Source: Octopus vulgaris (taxonomy: Eukaryota). Taken from it: a DNA stretch of 64,000 nucleotides. The DNA lies in NCBI GenBank assembly GCA_951406725.2, contig OX597814.1, positions 8,308,001 to 8,372,000 of the forward strand, written 5' to 3'. Position numbers and translations under genes: made by a program. This document shows positions 25,345 to 38,854 of the stretch, piece after piece; position 1 is the stretch's first letter; every line of letters begins with the position of its first letter. The notes under the pieces were generated by a model. That model ran no database searches and was not told the DNA's origin. It saw only the letters and a list, made by a program, of their open reading frames with translations.

Positions 25345-27922
25345 TCATCATCATCATCATCATTTAACGTCCGCTTTCCATGCTAGCATGGGTTGGACGG
25401 TTCAACTGGGGTCTGGGGAGCCCGAAGGCTGCACCAGGCCAGTCAGATCTGGCAGTGTTTCTACAGCTTGGATGCCCTTCCTAACGCCAACCACTCCGAG
25501 AGTGTAGTGGGTGATTTTATGTGCCACCGACACAGGTGCCAGACGAGGCTGGTGCCACGCTCGGATGGTGTTTTTATGTGCCACCGACACAGGTGCCAGA
25601 CAAGCTGGCGAGACGACCATGCTCGGATGGTGTTTTTATGTGCCACCGACACAGGTGCCAGACGAGGCTGGCAGACGGCCACGCTCGGATGGTGTTTTTA
25701 TATGCCACCGACACAGGTGCCAGACAAGGCTAGCAACGGCCACGCTCGGATGGTGTTTTTTATGTGCCACCGACACAGGTGCCAGACGAGGCTGGCTAAC
25801 GGCCACGCTCGGATGGTGTTTTTATGTGCCACCGACACAGGTGCCAGACAAGGCTAGCAGACGACCACGCTCGGATGGTGTTTTTTATGTGCCACCGACA
25901 CAGGAGCCAGATTAGGCTGGCGATCGGCTACGATTGGATGGTGATTGTTACGTGCCCACAGCATGGAGGCCAGTCGGTGCGGTACTGGCTACAGCCACGT
26001 TCGGATGGTTTTCTTGTGTGCCACCGGCACTGGTACCACAAAGATACAAATTCCATTGATGTTCATCTATTTTGATTTTGTTTGATTTTCACTTGCCTCA
26101 ACAGGTCTTCACAAGTGTCACAAGAAGGAAGGTATGCACAGGTGGACTGACTACGTCCCAGGTAGGGGCCACGGGTTATGGCCTGACTAGTCTTGCCGGG
26201 TCTTCTCACGCACAGCATACTTCCATAGGTCTCGGTCTCTAGTCATTTCCTTGGTGAGACCTAAAGTTCGTAGGTCGTGCTTCACCACTACATCCCAGGT
26301 TTTCCTGGGTCTACCTCTTCCACAGGTTCCCTCAACTGCTAGGGTGTAGCACTTTTGCACACAACTATCTTCAGCCATTCTCGTCATATGACCATACCAG
26401 CGCAGCCGTCTCTCTTGCACACCACAACTGACGCTTCTTAGGTTCAACTTTTCTCTCAAGGTACTTACACTCTGACGATTATGAACACTGACATTACACA
26501 TCCATCGGAGCATACTGGCTTCATTTCTTGCGAGCTTACGCATATCCTCAGCAGTCACGGCCCATGTTTCACTACCATGTAGCATGGCTGTACGTACACA
26601 TGCATCATAAAGTCTGCCTTTTACTCTGAGCGAGAGGCCTTTTGTCACCAGCAGGGGTGAGAGCTCTCTAAACTTTGCCCAGGCTATTCTTACTCTAGCA
26701 GTTACACTTTCAGCACACCCACCCCCGCTACTAACTTGGTCTCCTAGGTAGCGGAAGCTATCAACTACTTCTAGTTTGTCTCCCTGGAACGTGGTAGAAG
26801 TTGGTCTCTGCACATTTCCAGTGTTTATTTCTCCTGAGCATCTGCCACATACGAAAACTATCTTCCCAGTTAGCCTACCTTTGACATTGCTGCACCTCTT
26901 ATGTGTCCATAGCTTACACTTGGTGCACCTTATAGAGTTTCTACCTACACCTTTTCTACAGATCAAGCAGGGCCATCTACCTGAAGTCGTTTGTGGTTGG
27001 TCCACCTTCCTACTTATTAGGACTTTGGTTTTGGCTAGGTTGATTCTAAGGCCCTTCGATTCTAATCCTTGTCTCCACACCTGAAACTTCTCCTCCAGTT
27101 CTGATAGTGACTCAGCAATTAGAGCAAGGTCATCAGCATAGAGGAGCTCCCAGGGGCATCCTGTCTTAAATTCTTCCGTTATTGCCTGGAGGACTATGAT
27201 AAATAGGAGGGGGCTGAGGACTGAACCTTGGTGGACCCCAACCTCTACCCGGAATTCTTCACTGTACTCGTTGCCAACCCTCACCTTACTAGCTGCGTCT
27301 CTGTACATGGCTTCGCACAGCTCTCACTAACCATTCATCTATCCCTAGTTTCCTCATTGACCACCAGATAAGGGATCAGGGGACCCTGTCAAAGGCTTTC
27401 TCTAAGTCAACAAAAGCCAGGTACAAGGGCTTACCTTTGGCTAGGTATTTCTCCTGCAGCTGTCTTACCAGGAATATGGCATCAGTAGTACTTTTCCCTG
27501 GCACGAAACCAAACTGCATATCATCTAAGCTAACTCCTCTCTCTAATTAACTGGGCTATAACCCTCTCCGTGACCTTCATTACCTGATCCAACAGCTTGA
27601 TGCCCCTGTAGTTATTTGTATCTAGGGCATCACCTTTACCTTTGTAGCAGTTGACTATTATGCTGCTACACCAGTCATTGGGTATGACTCCTTCGTGTAT
27701 CACCTGGTTAACTATACGGGTGACTATGCTATAGCCGACACTACCAGATATTTTGAGCATCTCTGCAGTAATTCCTGATGGGCCTGGGGCTTTCCCTGTC
27801 TTCATGCTTCTAATTGCCTTAGCTACCACGGAACTATCAACTCGGATAGCTGGTCCCTCTGTTGGGTCAACATTCGGCAGACTCTCTTTATCCCATTCAT
27901 TTTCCTCATTCAGCAACCTTTC
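25341..27922 (-). mobile_element. Young 5'-truncated RTE LINE with complete 3' UTR and tail
   Basis: A 373-aa open segment (26187-27308) contains YADD, an internal Cys/His finger (CLIC..C..C..WTH..C..C..C) and GRGRPRKTW. The 3' UTR has ~61-bp repeats and a (TGA)n tail. Confidence 0.95.
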
Positions 27923-28704
27923 ATATATATATATGTATATATGTATGTATGTATGTATGTATGGTGCATTTTAAAACCTTTCTTATAATTTGTCTTTCAT
28001 GTATATATCACTCATATGGCAGTGTTGTCTGCTACACACAATGTACATGCTTACCACATCACATGACTCAGGCTGATGGTCATGTGATAAGTAATTTCTA
28101 AGAGGGAAACCTGTTCAAGGAAAGAAACTTGGTTGTTCAGTTGAAGAAGGCTTCCAGAGCTAAATGGCCTCTCGTAAATACTTTAGAGTCAGGCAACGCT
28201 ATAACTCTTGGTTCAACATTATTGGACATAAGAAAATAAAACACTTATCTGTACAAATAAGTGTTTCATTTCCAGTTTTTTATTATAAAACACAAATAAG
28301 TGTTTTATTTTCATTAGTAGAAAATGTATATATATATATATTAACTGGAGATTCCTTAACGACAGTTTAACCTTTATAGAATTAAGTTATCCTTGACCTG
28401 TTGAATAGCTAGGTGAGTAACTTACCCTTTGTTGAATGATTATTACATCAGAGGAGCTGCTAGCTAGGAAATTTGGATTTTTACTCACATTCATAGCAAC
28501 TCATGTGGCTAACCATGAACTATGAAAAAATCTTTTTCAGCTTATCGAACCTTCAATAATGGAAAAGCATGCAAACATTGTCAATAAGTTATATTTGCTC
28601 CTGAATGTTGTTCTTTATCCCTACCGTGGACGGATAGAAGCTTACAAAGTACCTATTCTTAGATCCTTGGATCTTGCAGTTACATATTGATATATATATA
28701 TATA

Positions 28705-28910
28705 TCATCATCATCATTGTTTAGCATCCATCTTTCATGCATGAATGAGTAGGATGGTTGATAGTTGGCCAAGTAGAAAATCTACCCAAGGCTACTGTGT
28801 CTGTTTTGGCAGGGATTTTACAGTTGGATGCCCTTCCTAACACCAACCACTCCACAGAGTAGACTCAGTGCTTTTCACATGGCACCAGCATTGGCAGAGT
28901 AATCAAGTAA
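28705..28910 (-). mobile_element. Old RTE 3' tail
   Basis: (CAT)n followed by GGATGCCCTTCCTAACACCAACCAC. Confidence 0.7.
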
Positions 28911-29014
28911 CACACAAGACAAGGAATTATGAGAGGGGCAGGGCATTTGAGGAGAGGAACTTGTTTCAGAGGATGAAAGGTTAGAGTGTGACAAAGAGAG
29001 CGGAGGAGGTATCT

Positions 29015-29238
29015 TATTTCTTTATTGCCCACAAGGGACCAAATATAGAGGGGGCAAACAAGGACAGACATAGGTATTAAGTCAATTACATCAACTCCAG
29101 TGTGTTACTGGTAGTTATTTAATCAACCCAGAAAGGATGAAAGGCAAAGTCAACCTCGGTGGAATTTGAACTCAGTACGTAATGGCAGGCGAAATACCGC
29201 TAAGCATTTCACCCAACGTTTCTGCTAGCTCACCGCCT
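29015..29238 (-). mobile_element. tRNA-derived SINE (second family)
   Basis: Minus strand starts GGCGGTGAGCTAGCAGAA and has B-box GAGTTCAAATTCC. A second copy is at 62965-63175. Confidence 0.75.
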
Positions 29239-29964
29239 TAAGAAGGTGTCTTGCCACAACAAAGAGGAAGTGATCAAGTATCAAATGATGAAAGGTTAGA
29301 GTGTAACAGAAAAAAAGACAGGCAGAAATAGGTGTCATGTTATAGAGGAGATACATTGTTACCCAATGAGAGAGAGAGAGAGAGTGAGAGAGGAGGAGAG
29401 ATAGAAAGTGAGAGAGAAGTACAGAAAGATGCCAGAAACAAGTGTGCTGATGTAAAGGAGATACTTGGTTAACTGGTCAGAGGGAAAACAAGAGAATGAG
29501 AGAGAGAGAGAGAGAGAGAGTGACTAAAGGGAAAGAGAGAGAGAGAAAGAGAGTAGGAAACAGCAAATGTGTAAGAGAGATGTAATGTTAGGGTGTACTG
29601 ACAAGTAACAAGAATATGAGCATAGAAGGTGGGTAGAAAAATAGGCGTTGGTGTTGGAGGTGTGGAACATGGCAGTGAGGGCAAGAAAGGGAGCTGAAAA
29701 ACAATCATAATTTATGAAGAGGAAATGTGATGAAGAAAAAGGTGCAGTTAGAAGAGGATATGTAGTTCAATTTCTTAGGTGAAAAGTGTGATGTTACATG
29801 TGGGTGGGACACAACTGTTCTAGCAAGAACGAAGATAAGATTCTCTTCCCGTCAGGCAAATGGCCCAGTTCAATATGTAGGAAGGGAGTTAAATTTGACC
29901 AATTATACTCTTCTGGTTCTAAAATGATATATTTGCGATGTACGAGTAAACATGGGAGAATCCA

Positions 29965-30250
29965 TTAAGGGGTTAAAGTGAAACTATTAAATTGAAAATA
30001 TCACACATTACAATAGAGAGATGCAATTGTTTCACTTTTGACACGTAATACTGAAATAGTGGAGATGATATGATATTGCTCTGGGCTCACACTAGCCAGA
30101 AGTTAAAAAGTTTTTTGGCCTATGACACTATATGGACCCTAAGTAAGGCATGTGTAAAATTTGAATGAAATTGGTTGTGCAGTTCTCGAGTTTTAGGGAT
30201 TCACACAAACAAACAGACACACACATTCTCATGTTTATATATATATATAG
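29965..30250 (-). mobile_element. Non-autonomous Helitron-like 5' fragment
   Basis: Reverse-complement homolog of 6305-6545. Confidence 0.55.
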
Positions 30251-30269
30251 AGATATGCATATATATGCG

Positions 30270-30386
<117 letters not shown>

Positions 30387-30604
30387 CAGTTGCGGCCAAA
30401 ATGTCCAGAACGGCATTGTTTTCGTCAGAAAAGTAAGTATAAGTTTTTATCAAAGTAGTTTTATATTATATAATTTTCACAGACAATAAATACAATATTA
30501 ATTGTTATTGTCTGATATTTTGGTGTAATTTGAGAGGATAATACAAAAGTCATGGATGATTTAGTGATTTACTGCAAAACCCATGCTGGCCAAAATTAGT
30601 TTAG

Positions 30605-33420
30605 TGTCCAAAGAAAGAAAAGCTATGCATAAGTGGTCTGGTTATGCCCCTGGCATAGGCCACGAGGTTATGGTCTCACTTGGCTTGCCGGGTCTTCTCA
30701 AGCACAGCATACTTCCAAAATTCTCGGTCACTAGTCATTTCCTTGGTGAGGCCTAATGTTCGAAGGTCATGCTTGACCACTTCATCCCAGGTCTTCCTGG
30801 GTCTACCTCTTCCACAGGTTCCCTCAACCGCTAGGGTGTGGCACTTTTTCACACAGCTATCCCCCACTACTGACTTGGTCACCTAGGTAATGGAAGCTAT
30901 GAACTACTTCTAGGTTTTCTTCCTGGAATGTGGTAGAAGTTGTTCTCTGCACATTTTCAGTATTTATTGCTCCTGAGCATCTGCCACATACAAAAACTAT
31001 CTTCCCAGTTAGCTTTTCTTTGATATTGCTGCACCTCTTATGTGTCCATAGCTTACATTGGGTATATCTTATAGAGTTTCTACCCACACCTTTTCTACAG
31101 ATCGAGCAAGGCCATCTACTTGATGGGATTTGTGGTTTGTCTACCTTCCTACTTATTAGGACATTGGTTTTAGCTAGGTTGACTCTAAGGCCCTTTGATT
31201 TATATCTTTTTCTCCACACCTGAAACTTCTCTTCTAGTTCTGATAAGGACTCAGCAATTAGAGCAAGGTTATCAACATAGAGGATCTCCCAGGGGCATCC
31301 TGTCTTGAATTCATCCATTATTGCCTGGAGGACTATGATAAATAGGGGGGGCTGAGGACTGAACATTGGTGGACCCCAACCTCTACCCGGAATTCTTCAG
31401 TGTACTTGTTGCCAACCCTCACCTTACAGCGTCCCTGTTCATGGCTTGCACAGCTCTCACTAACCATTCATCTATCTCTAGTTTCCTCAATGACCATCAG
31501 ATAAGTGATAGGGGGACCCTGTCAAAGGTTTTCTCCATGTCAATGAAAGCCAGGTACAGTGGTTTATCTTTGGCTAGGTATTTCTCCTGCAGCTGTCTTA
31601 CCAGAAATATAGCATTAGTGGTGCTTCTGCCAGGCACAAAACCAAACTGCATATCATCTAAACTGACTCTCTCCTAATTAGTTGGGCTATGACCCTCTCT
31701 GTGACCTTCATTACCTGATCCAACAACTGGATACTTCTGTAATTATTTGTATCTAAAGCGTCACCTTTACCTTTGTAGCAGTTGACTATTATGCTGCTAC
31801 ACCAGTCATTTGGTATGACTCCTTCGTGTATCACCTGGTTAACTATATAGGTGACTAGGCTATAGCAGACACTGCCAGATATTTTGAGCATCTCTGTGGT
31901 GACTCCTGATGGACCAGGGGCTTTCCATGTCAATTCAGATAGCTGGTCCCTCTGTGGGGTTGACATTCGGCAGACAAGTGAACCATCATCCATACGGACA
32001 CATTTCTCTCCTACAACATCACGATTCTCTCTCACACACTGTCTTGCAACACGAAATACCTCAAGTCTTTCATCCTCACAGCACAGAACATTGGCAAATT
32101 TTTACTTATCTGCTTCCCCTCTGGCTAAATAAACCTGTCTCCTAGCTTCCATTCTGGCAGTCTGATACGATTCCCTGCTACCACTGTTCTTCCAGTCCTT
32201 CCAAGCCTGTTTCTTTTCTCTAATAGCCCTGTCAACAACATTGTTCAACCACCACATTATTTTGAGTCTTGAGGAAACTTTGCACCATCCACAGATCTGG
32301 TCGGTGGCTCTTAGTAGGTTGTCCCGTAGAAACCTCCAGTTGTCTTCCACATCGTGTTCAGATATGTCCCCTTATATTTTGTCAAAGGCTTCAAGTAATT
32401 CTCTGTCCATTCACAGGATCTTTAAGCTTCCAGACCCTTCTCCTCCATGTTGGTTGTCTTGTGGGGTACATTCTTTGCCTGGGAAGGTTTTGGCATTTAT
32501 ATGTAGCGATCTAGTCAATTTATATGTAGGATGTAGTCAATTTGGCTAGTGTGTCCGCCAGAACAATAGGTGACTAGGTGACTGGCAGGTTTTCTGAGGT
32601 TAGTATTGCAAACCATAAGATCATTCATCGCAGAACTCCAGTAGCCTGGTTCCCTCCACGTTGCGGGAATTATAACCATAGCTTCTAAGTACGCCATGGA
32701 AGCCCCCTGTATGTTGTCCAACATGTCCATTGATGTCACCAGCCAAAAAAAGAAGGTCCCTGTCATTCGTCAACGCGGTAGTCTGCAGTAGGGTGTCATA
32801 AAATCGGTCTTTCTGCCCATCAGGTAGCCCTGGCTGAGGAGCCTAGGCCGAGATAATGGTTACTAAGCCATGATGAAGCACTAATCTAATCTTAAGTATT
32901 CTGTCACATCCTCTCACTACCTCAATTACCTTATCTACCCATTTTCCTGCAAAAAGTATACCCACGCCCCCGACCCCATCAGTGTTCCCAGTCCAGAAAA
33001 CCTTGTACCTGTGTTCTTTGCCTGTGAGGTACCTAGCAGAACCTCCTCTCCACCTTACTTCTTGGATGCAGCACATATCAACACATCTCAACAATCTCAC
33101 CAGACCTACCTTTCCGTTTGCCAACATTGAGAGTGCCAACCCTGAGGGTATGGGAGATATGGGCCCTTGAGACCCTGGGATGGGGGACAGTAGCGTCACG
33201 TACCTGAAAAGAGAGCTCACATTTGGCAGAATTCATAAACAAACAATAGCCTTAAGTTCCACCTGCGTACACTATCATATTTTTGCACTATATGATCACT
33301 ACCTTATATAGTAGGGGGTGGAGATGACATAAAGCCTTTAGAAGTGTTCATGGGAGGCAACCAAAGGATGACAAAAAATAGGGACTTCCGGCACAGGTGG
33401 ATGGGGTGGAGGGGCGAGTG
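30605..33420 (-). mobile_element. RTE LINE, near full length with deletions (APE plus RT)
   Basis: APE motifs are CCIQEVRWRG, GVGGVGIL and SQIDYIL. RT pieces lie at 30857-32035, and the C-terminus is GRGRPRKTW. Confidence 0.9.
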
Positions 33421-33881
33421 CACCGCAAACTAGCAAACATGGATGAGAGCATCTTCTGGATACGTTTTCTTTCAGCAGAGGTATTAAAAATCGAGTAGGG
33501 GAATCTGAGTGTGTGTGCTAGTTTATATAGGGTGGTGGTGGTGGTGGTGGAGGAAGTAGGAAGTCTTGGCGAGGTGAGTGGTTATCGAGAGAGATAGAGA
33601 GACAGAGTGAGGCAGAGAGAGAGAAGGGGTGCCAGAGTCAAGGTGGTCAGAACACGAGGGAGAAAAATATTCTTTTGGGATTTTGGGTAACATAATTTAA
33701 TGAAACAGCAAATGTTGATAATAGTAAAATAGAATTGAAAAATCTGTGAGTTTTCGGTCAGCCCATCTAAGACAAAATTAGAAAAATAAGTGACTGAGTG
33801 ATAAACTTATATATATATTAGACTGAATGAGATAACAAAGCGAAGGGTTTGAGGATTTTTCTGGACATTTATACAGAAATA

Positions 33882-33929
33882 GTCCTACAGCTGTTTCTGG
33901 GATATTATGAATATCCCTTCATCAGAGAC
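33882..33929 (-). ncRNA. Canonical minimal hammerhead ribozyme in a solo PLE terminal fragment (~33820-34020)
   Basis: GTCT | CTGATGA | AGGGATATT-cat-AATATCCCA | GAAA | CAGCTG | TA | GGAC. Same family as the 17108 motif. Confidence 0.85.
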
Positions 33930-34024
33930 ACTGTGAGAAAATATTTGTGTTCAGATTACAGTGGAAAAGGAGGTGATAGGGAATATAGAGGGAAATAAGA
34001 GAATGAAAGTAGAAATAAGATATA

Positions 34025-35507
34025 CTAGTAGTATAGCCCGGCATTGCCTGGGATTAAGTTAGGATTATTAAGTTAATCAAGCGCTTTGTTTCAAACCAAA
34101 CTAAGTAACACTGACATCAAATTTGAGTGAAATCTATTGAAATTGGTAAATGTTTGACAATTTGATTGGGAAATCCCATAAAGAATCGGTCTATCGATTT
34201 TTCCACTCATCAATTATTTTATTTTCTTGAAGAACTTAAAGCATTCAAAAGATCCCATGAGTCTTAAGTAATGCCGGCATCAAGTTTGAACAAAATACGT
34301 CAAAACTGGTAAAAGTTATGGTTGAAAAAGGGGTGTAGCCAATTTTAGTGGGAAATCCTATAAGGAATCAGTTTATCAATTTTTCATCCTAATTGAATGG
34401 AAAACCAATAAGAAATCAGTTTATTGATCTTTCATCCCAAATAGGACTTAACCGAACACAACATTGCCGATTCAAAAAATCTATATTTATACTTTAAAGT
34501 TGGTTTTCACACCCAACCCACTTCTGCAGAATCAGTGTTGCAACAGGAACGTATGGGTTGAGAGTTTGACCAGCAGAGGTGATCAGGTTGCACATGCCGG
34601 CCCTTTCAAACCCCACCATCATCTAACTACCCTCTTGGCCCATAGCTTTGGAACCCTTCTGGCAAGGAAAATAGAATGCCCAAAAGGGCTCCCGATCCTC
34701 TGTGTCAGAAGAGGTTATGTTCAGATCACAACTAAGCCTTAACCTAAGCTTAAGCTAACCTAGTGAAAGAGGGCTCAGGAGCCTCTAAAAGGCAGCAACT
34801 AATCCTGACCTAGTCCTAACTCCTCCCAGGGGCACTACCAGTCAAGGCTGCATCGAAGATATGCATTGGAAAAGGTTGCTTCAGAGATCTGCATTGGAGA
34901 AGGTTGCATCGAAGGTTTGCATTGGAGATTTGCACACCGGGAACTGCAATCTGCAACAATAGTGGCCTTAAAAAGGGAGGCGAAAGGGACTTGACTACCA
35001 AGCAGGTCCCGTTGCACTGTTTAGGCAGATAAAGTGTGTACTCTTTATCCCATTTGAGTTGTTGTTTTGAGGTGTTCCACTCATTGGAAGGTAGGTTTTT
35101 TTGAGGGGTGAGGATTAAAGCAGTGATTTATTTCTGGTATTATTATATCATAGAAGATTTTATGGCAGGAGATAAGTTTCAGCGAGGGCTATCTTTTGTT
35201 TTGAGCCACAGAGTTGTCAATGATCTATCAGCTGTTCAGGTACAGCATTCAGTAAATTCCGTAAAAAAGTTTTTATTTATTTTTGAACTGGAAATGTACA
35301 TTTCGTTTGATGTCAGCATAAAGTGAAAGAGAGAAAATGATGGGGTCATGTGTATATGTTGATGGTGGGGTGCAAGATAGAAAGTGTGTGTGTGGGAGAG
35401 AGAGAGTGAGAGAGAGTGACAGCATATATTTTTAAAATTTATTTTTCCTCACATCTTTTTTAAGTGAGTGATTGACTGAAAGAGAGAGAGTGTGTGTGAT
35501 AGTGTAA

Positions 35508-35559
<52 letters not shown>

Positions 35560-35931
35560 AGTCAAACACACACTAAAAAAGATGTGAGAAAAAGTAAATA
35601 AATAAAATTTACGCTCTCTCTCTCACACACACACACATCAACACCAACACACACCTCTTCACCATTGCAAGAAGGGGACTTAACTCATGTTAGCAACCTT
35701 ACAGATTTCAGTGATGTTCAAAATTGCTAAAAGTTATGGTTGAAAATTGATTTTTACCATAATCTGCAGATGCCTCGGAAAAATAAGTTGACAAAAGCAC
35801 AGCCATGATTGTGACCAATGTCCTCCTAAAATTGGAGCGACGTGCATGCTAATTTGTGGACGTGCATAAATTACATTCACATACACACACACACACACAT
35901 ACACACACATCCTGCCTTTTATAGATATAGA
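34025..35931 (-). mobile_element. Non-autonomous Helitron with both termini
   Basis: Minus strand 5' end is A|TCTATATCTATAAAA. The 3' end has hairpin CCCAGGCAATGCCGGG then CTAG|T. It sits in an AT dinucleotide with no TSD. Confidence 0.75.
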
Positions 35932-36398
35932 TAAAGATATTGAAGTTGCAGTTCCACTATTTGAGGAAAATGGTGTATAGAAATGGTAAAAAAGTTTCCT
36001 GTAATGGTAAGTTCCAATGTGTGTGTGTGTGGGTGTACCCTTGACTTCACATCATGTGATTGTTGTAATTGAACATCATTGTCATAAAAGCAATGTCGTT
36101 TACTGCCATTTTTCCTTGAGAAAACACACCTGGTCATGGGGAAATGTTACATTTGCATGAAAACAGGTGAGGGTTGGCAACAGGAAAGGCATTCGGCCAT
36201 AGAAAACCTACATAAACAAATTCCATCCAAATGATGCAAGTAGATGTTAAAAGATCCCCCCTACTGCTGCAGATCAAAAGAGAAAAAAAGTCATTAAAAA
36301 GAATTGCAATAAATTTAACTTTTTAGAGAAACTGAAAAGTCATTCACTTATTGAAAATGCCTTTTTTTGTATTGAACAATTTATAACTTCGTACTAAA

Positions 36399-37299
36399 CG
36401 AGAGGGTACCCAAAAGAAACCAGAATTTGCAATATTATTTCATTTACTTAGTTTTACATGTTTACATGTTTGTCACCTTCAAAGTATTCTCTATTTCAGG
36501 CAATGCATTGGTCCAGGTGTGTTTTCCACTATTCAAAGCAGTGCTGGAATACTTGCAAAATGATGCCTTTTAACACCTCCATTGTTTTTTTGACTTCACC
36601 TTTCCACATCTGTAAATTCCACAGCACCAGCTTTCATCACTAGTGATGATCTTCGAAAAATGGCCCAGATCATCTTCCAACTTTTCATTCAGTTCAAGAC
36701 ATGCATTCGGTCATGACTGCTTTTGATCTTCCATGAGCAAGTGAGGCACAAATTTTGCGACAACTCTTTTTATTTGCAATTCTTTATTCAAAATTCGTTG
36801 CCAGGAGATCCAGGACAGAGCAGTCATATCAGCAAGTTTGTCAATTGTTCAGTGATGGTCCTAAAGGTTCAGTTCATGAATTTTCATAATGTTTTCATTC
36901 ATTCAGAAGGTCAATGGCCATCCTGAATGAGGTTGGTCTTCAAGCAACAAGTGACAATTCCTAAAGTGTGGAAACCATTTGCATACTTGTGTTTTGCTCA
37001 TGGCAGCTTCGTTGTAAGATGTTTGAGACTTGGCAACTGTTTCGCCGCTTTCCCAGCAGAAAATAGAATTTTGTGGAAGCATGCTGTTTCTTTATTTCAG
37101 CCATTGCAAAAATTGATGAACAGGGGAGAAGCACTGCATAACAAAGACGAACCATGTGGCAATACAACTTCAATCGACAATGCTGGTTGGCAGGCTGATG
37201 CCTGAAGGTCGCATCAAGTGGCTTCTAGTAGCAGAAACCTGAACTACAATGAGTTTGATGTACAAAGAATGTTTCAGGTTACTTTTGGGTACCCCTTTG
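36399..37299 (-). mobile_element. Mariner-family DNA transposon, internally deleted
   Basis: TIRs are GGGTACCCAAAAGAAACC and GGTTACTTTTGGGTACCC, with TA on the right. Remnants read MAEIKKQHASTKFYFLLGK and IITSDESWC. Confidence 0.85.
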
Positions 37300-38292
37300 T
37301 ATGAGAAATAGTCAAGTTTGCATCGTATCAGATAAATGATCATAATTATCCCTTGTTATTTTTACAAGACAGGATTCACAGAGCGAGACAAGAGTATTTT
37401 ACCAACAGCAATAAATTATCATTATTATTGTTACTATTATTGTTGTTGTTGTTGTTATTGATGATGCTTTGGCTGGACCTGTTTATTGAGCTCTCTGTAA
37501 GCGGGTATTAATTGTTGTGCTTCTTGAATTTTAATCACTGTTTTGTTTGCTGAACCTTTTTTGGTGTGCAGAAGGGGTTCTTTTGTTAAAAGTTCCCCCT
37601 TTAGGGGCGAATTTTAAACGTTTGGTCCTCTTTTCTACCAAAACAAAATTGTATTTGTTCTTCATTTTCACGAAAAACAATATGGAGTCTATCATGGAGG
37701 AGTGTTTCTGGCTGTTGTAACAGCCAGTACACTGTTGATATTCCCTCTTCACAGCACTAGCAGGAACAGCAGTACCAACACCACCAGCACCACCACCATC
37801 AACAACAAAAACCAAGAATTCACCAATAACTCCACTATTATGAACACAGATAACACAGAAAAGAAAGAAAAATCAACGACTACAAGCAAACCAGACAAAC
37901 GTGGTTTCACATCAGCCACTGAACAAACAAAAGAATAAAATGAATTTTACTTTAGATGAGATAAAAGATGCAAAGGAGCTGTTAAGGAGAGATGGGAACG
38001 ATGTCCTCCTTAACATCCCACAGAATTTAATAGGAGAGACAAACAAAAAGACCATAACTTATAAAGTTTTGAACATAAAAAAGAAACTAGTTGAACAGGC
38101 CACTCAACAACAGTTGGAGGTCATTCTAAAGCCTATATGAAAACAAAAGACCTATGTGACATAAGGAAGATACTTCGGCACCATGGAAATGCAATTTGCA
38201 ACAGAAGAAGAAGCAAAACAGCATTCCACAGGTCAGGGGTTGGAGCTCCTTGTTCAAACTGAACAAGAGGCCTTAAATTCAATCCCTCCCCA

Positions 38293-38532
38293 TGCTGGTG
38301 TTGGCTAAAGGGTTAGTTGCCTAAGCTTTTTTTCTTTAGGGCAGGAGAACCTGAGGTGGCCTTGGTCACCACAGAAATAGTACCTAGCCCTTCTATCCTC
38401 CACAGCCACATGTAGTCTGAATCCGAGGGTAGAAGGCCTAGGTGCTATTTCTGTGGTGACCAAGGCCACCCCAGGTTCTCCTGCCCTAAAGAAAAAAAGC
38501 ATAGGCGACTAGCCCTTTTGCCAACACCAGCA
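38293..38532. repeat. ~108-bp inverted repeat of the zinc-knuckle coding segment
   Basis: 38293-38400 is the reverse complement of 38425-38532 with scattered mismatches and a 24-nt loop. Confidence 0.88.
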
Positions 38533-38854
38533 CCGGGGAACCTCCAGTATAGCAGCAGCAGCACCAACAGCAGATACAATGGCAGCAGGAACCAGTGGTC
38601 ACCACATCATCAACACCATCACCATCACCAACACCAACACTGCCTGCAGCTGTTGCCAAGGCACCACCAATACCAAAAACAAAGATACCAGCCAAGCAGC
38701 AGCAGCAAATGAACCCCAACAAAACCAAAACCCAGAGAAAATCCCCTTTCCCAACCCAAACATCTCAGACTGTTTCAGTACTGAAGTTGAGAGAGAGGAG
38801 TGGCACACAGTCCACACCCACCACTCCAAGAAAAGAAAGAAAAGACTAAAGAGA

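Noticed and set aside
28090-28700. Unique-looking sequence checked as a next exon of the macro-domain gene
   Set aside because: Candidate splice sites do not bound an open, recognisable frame.
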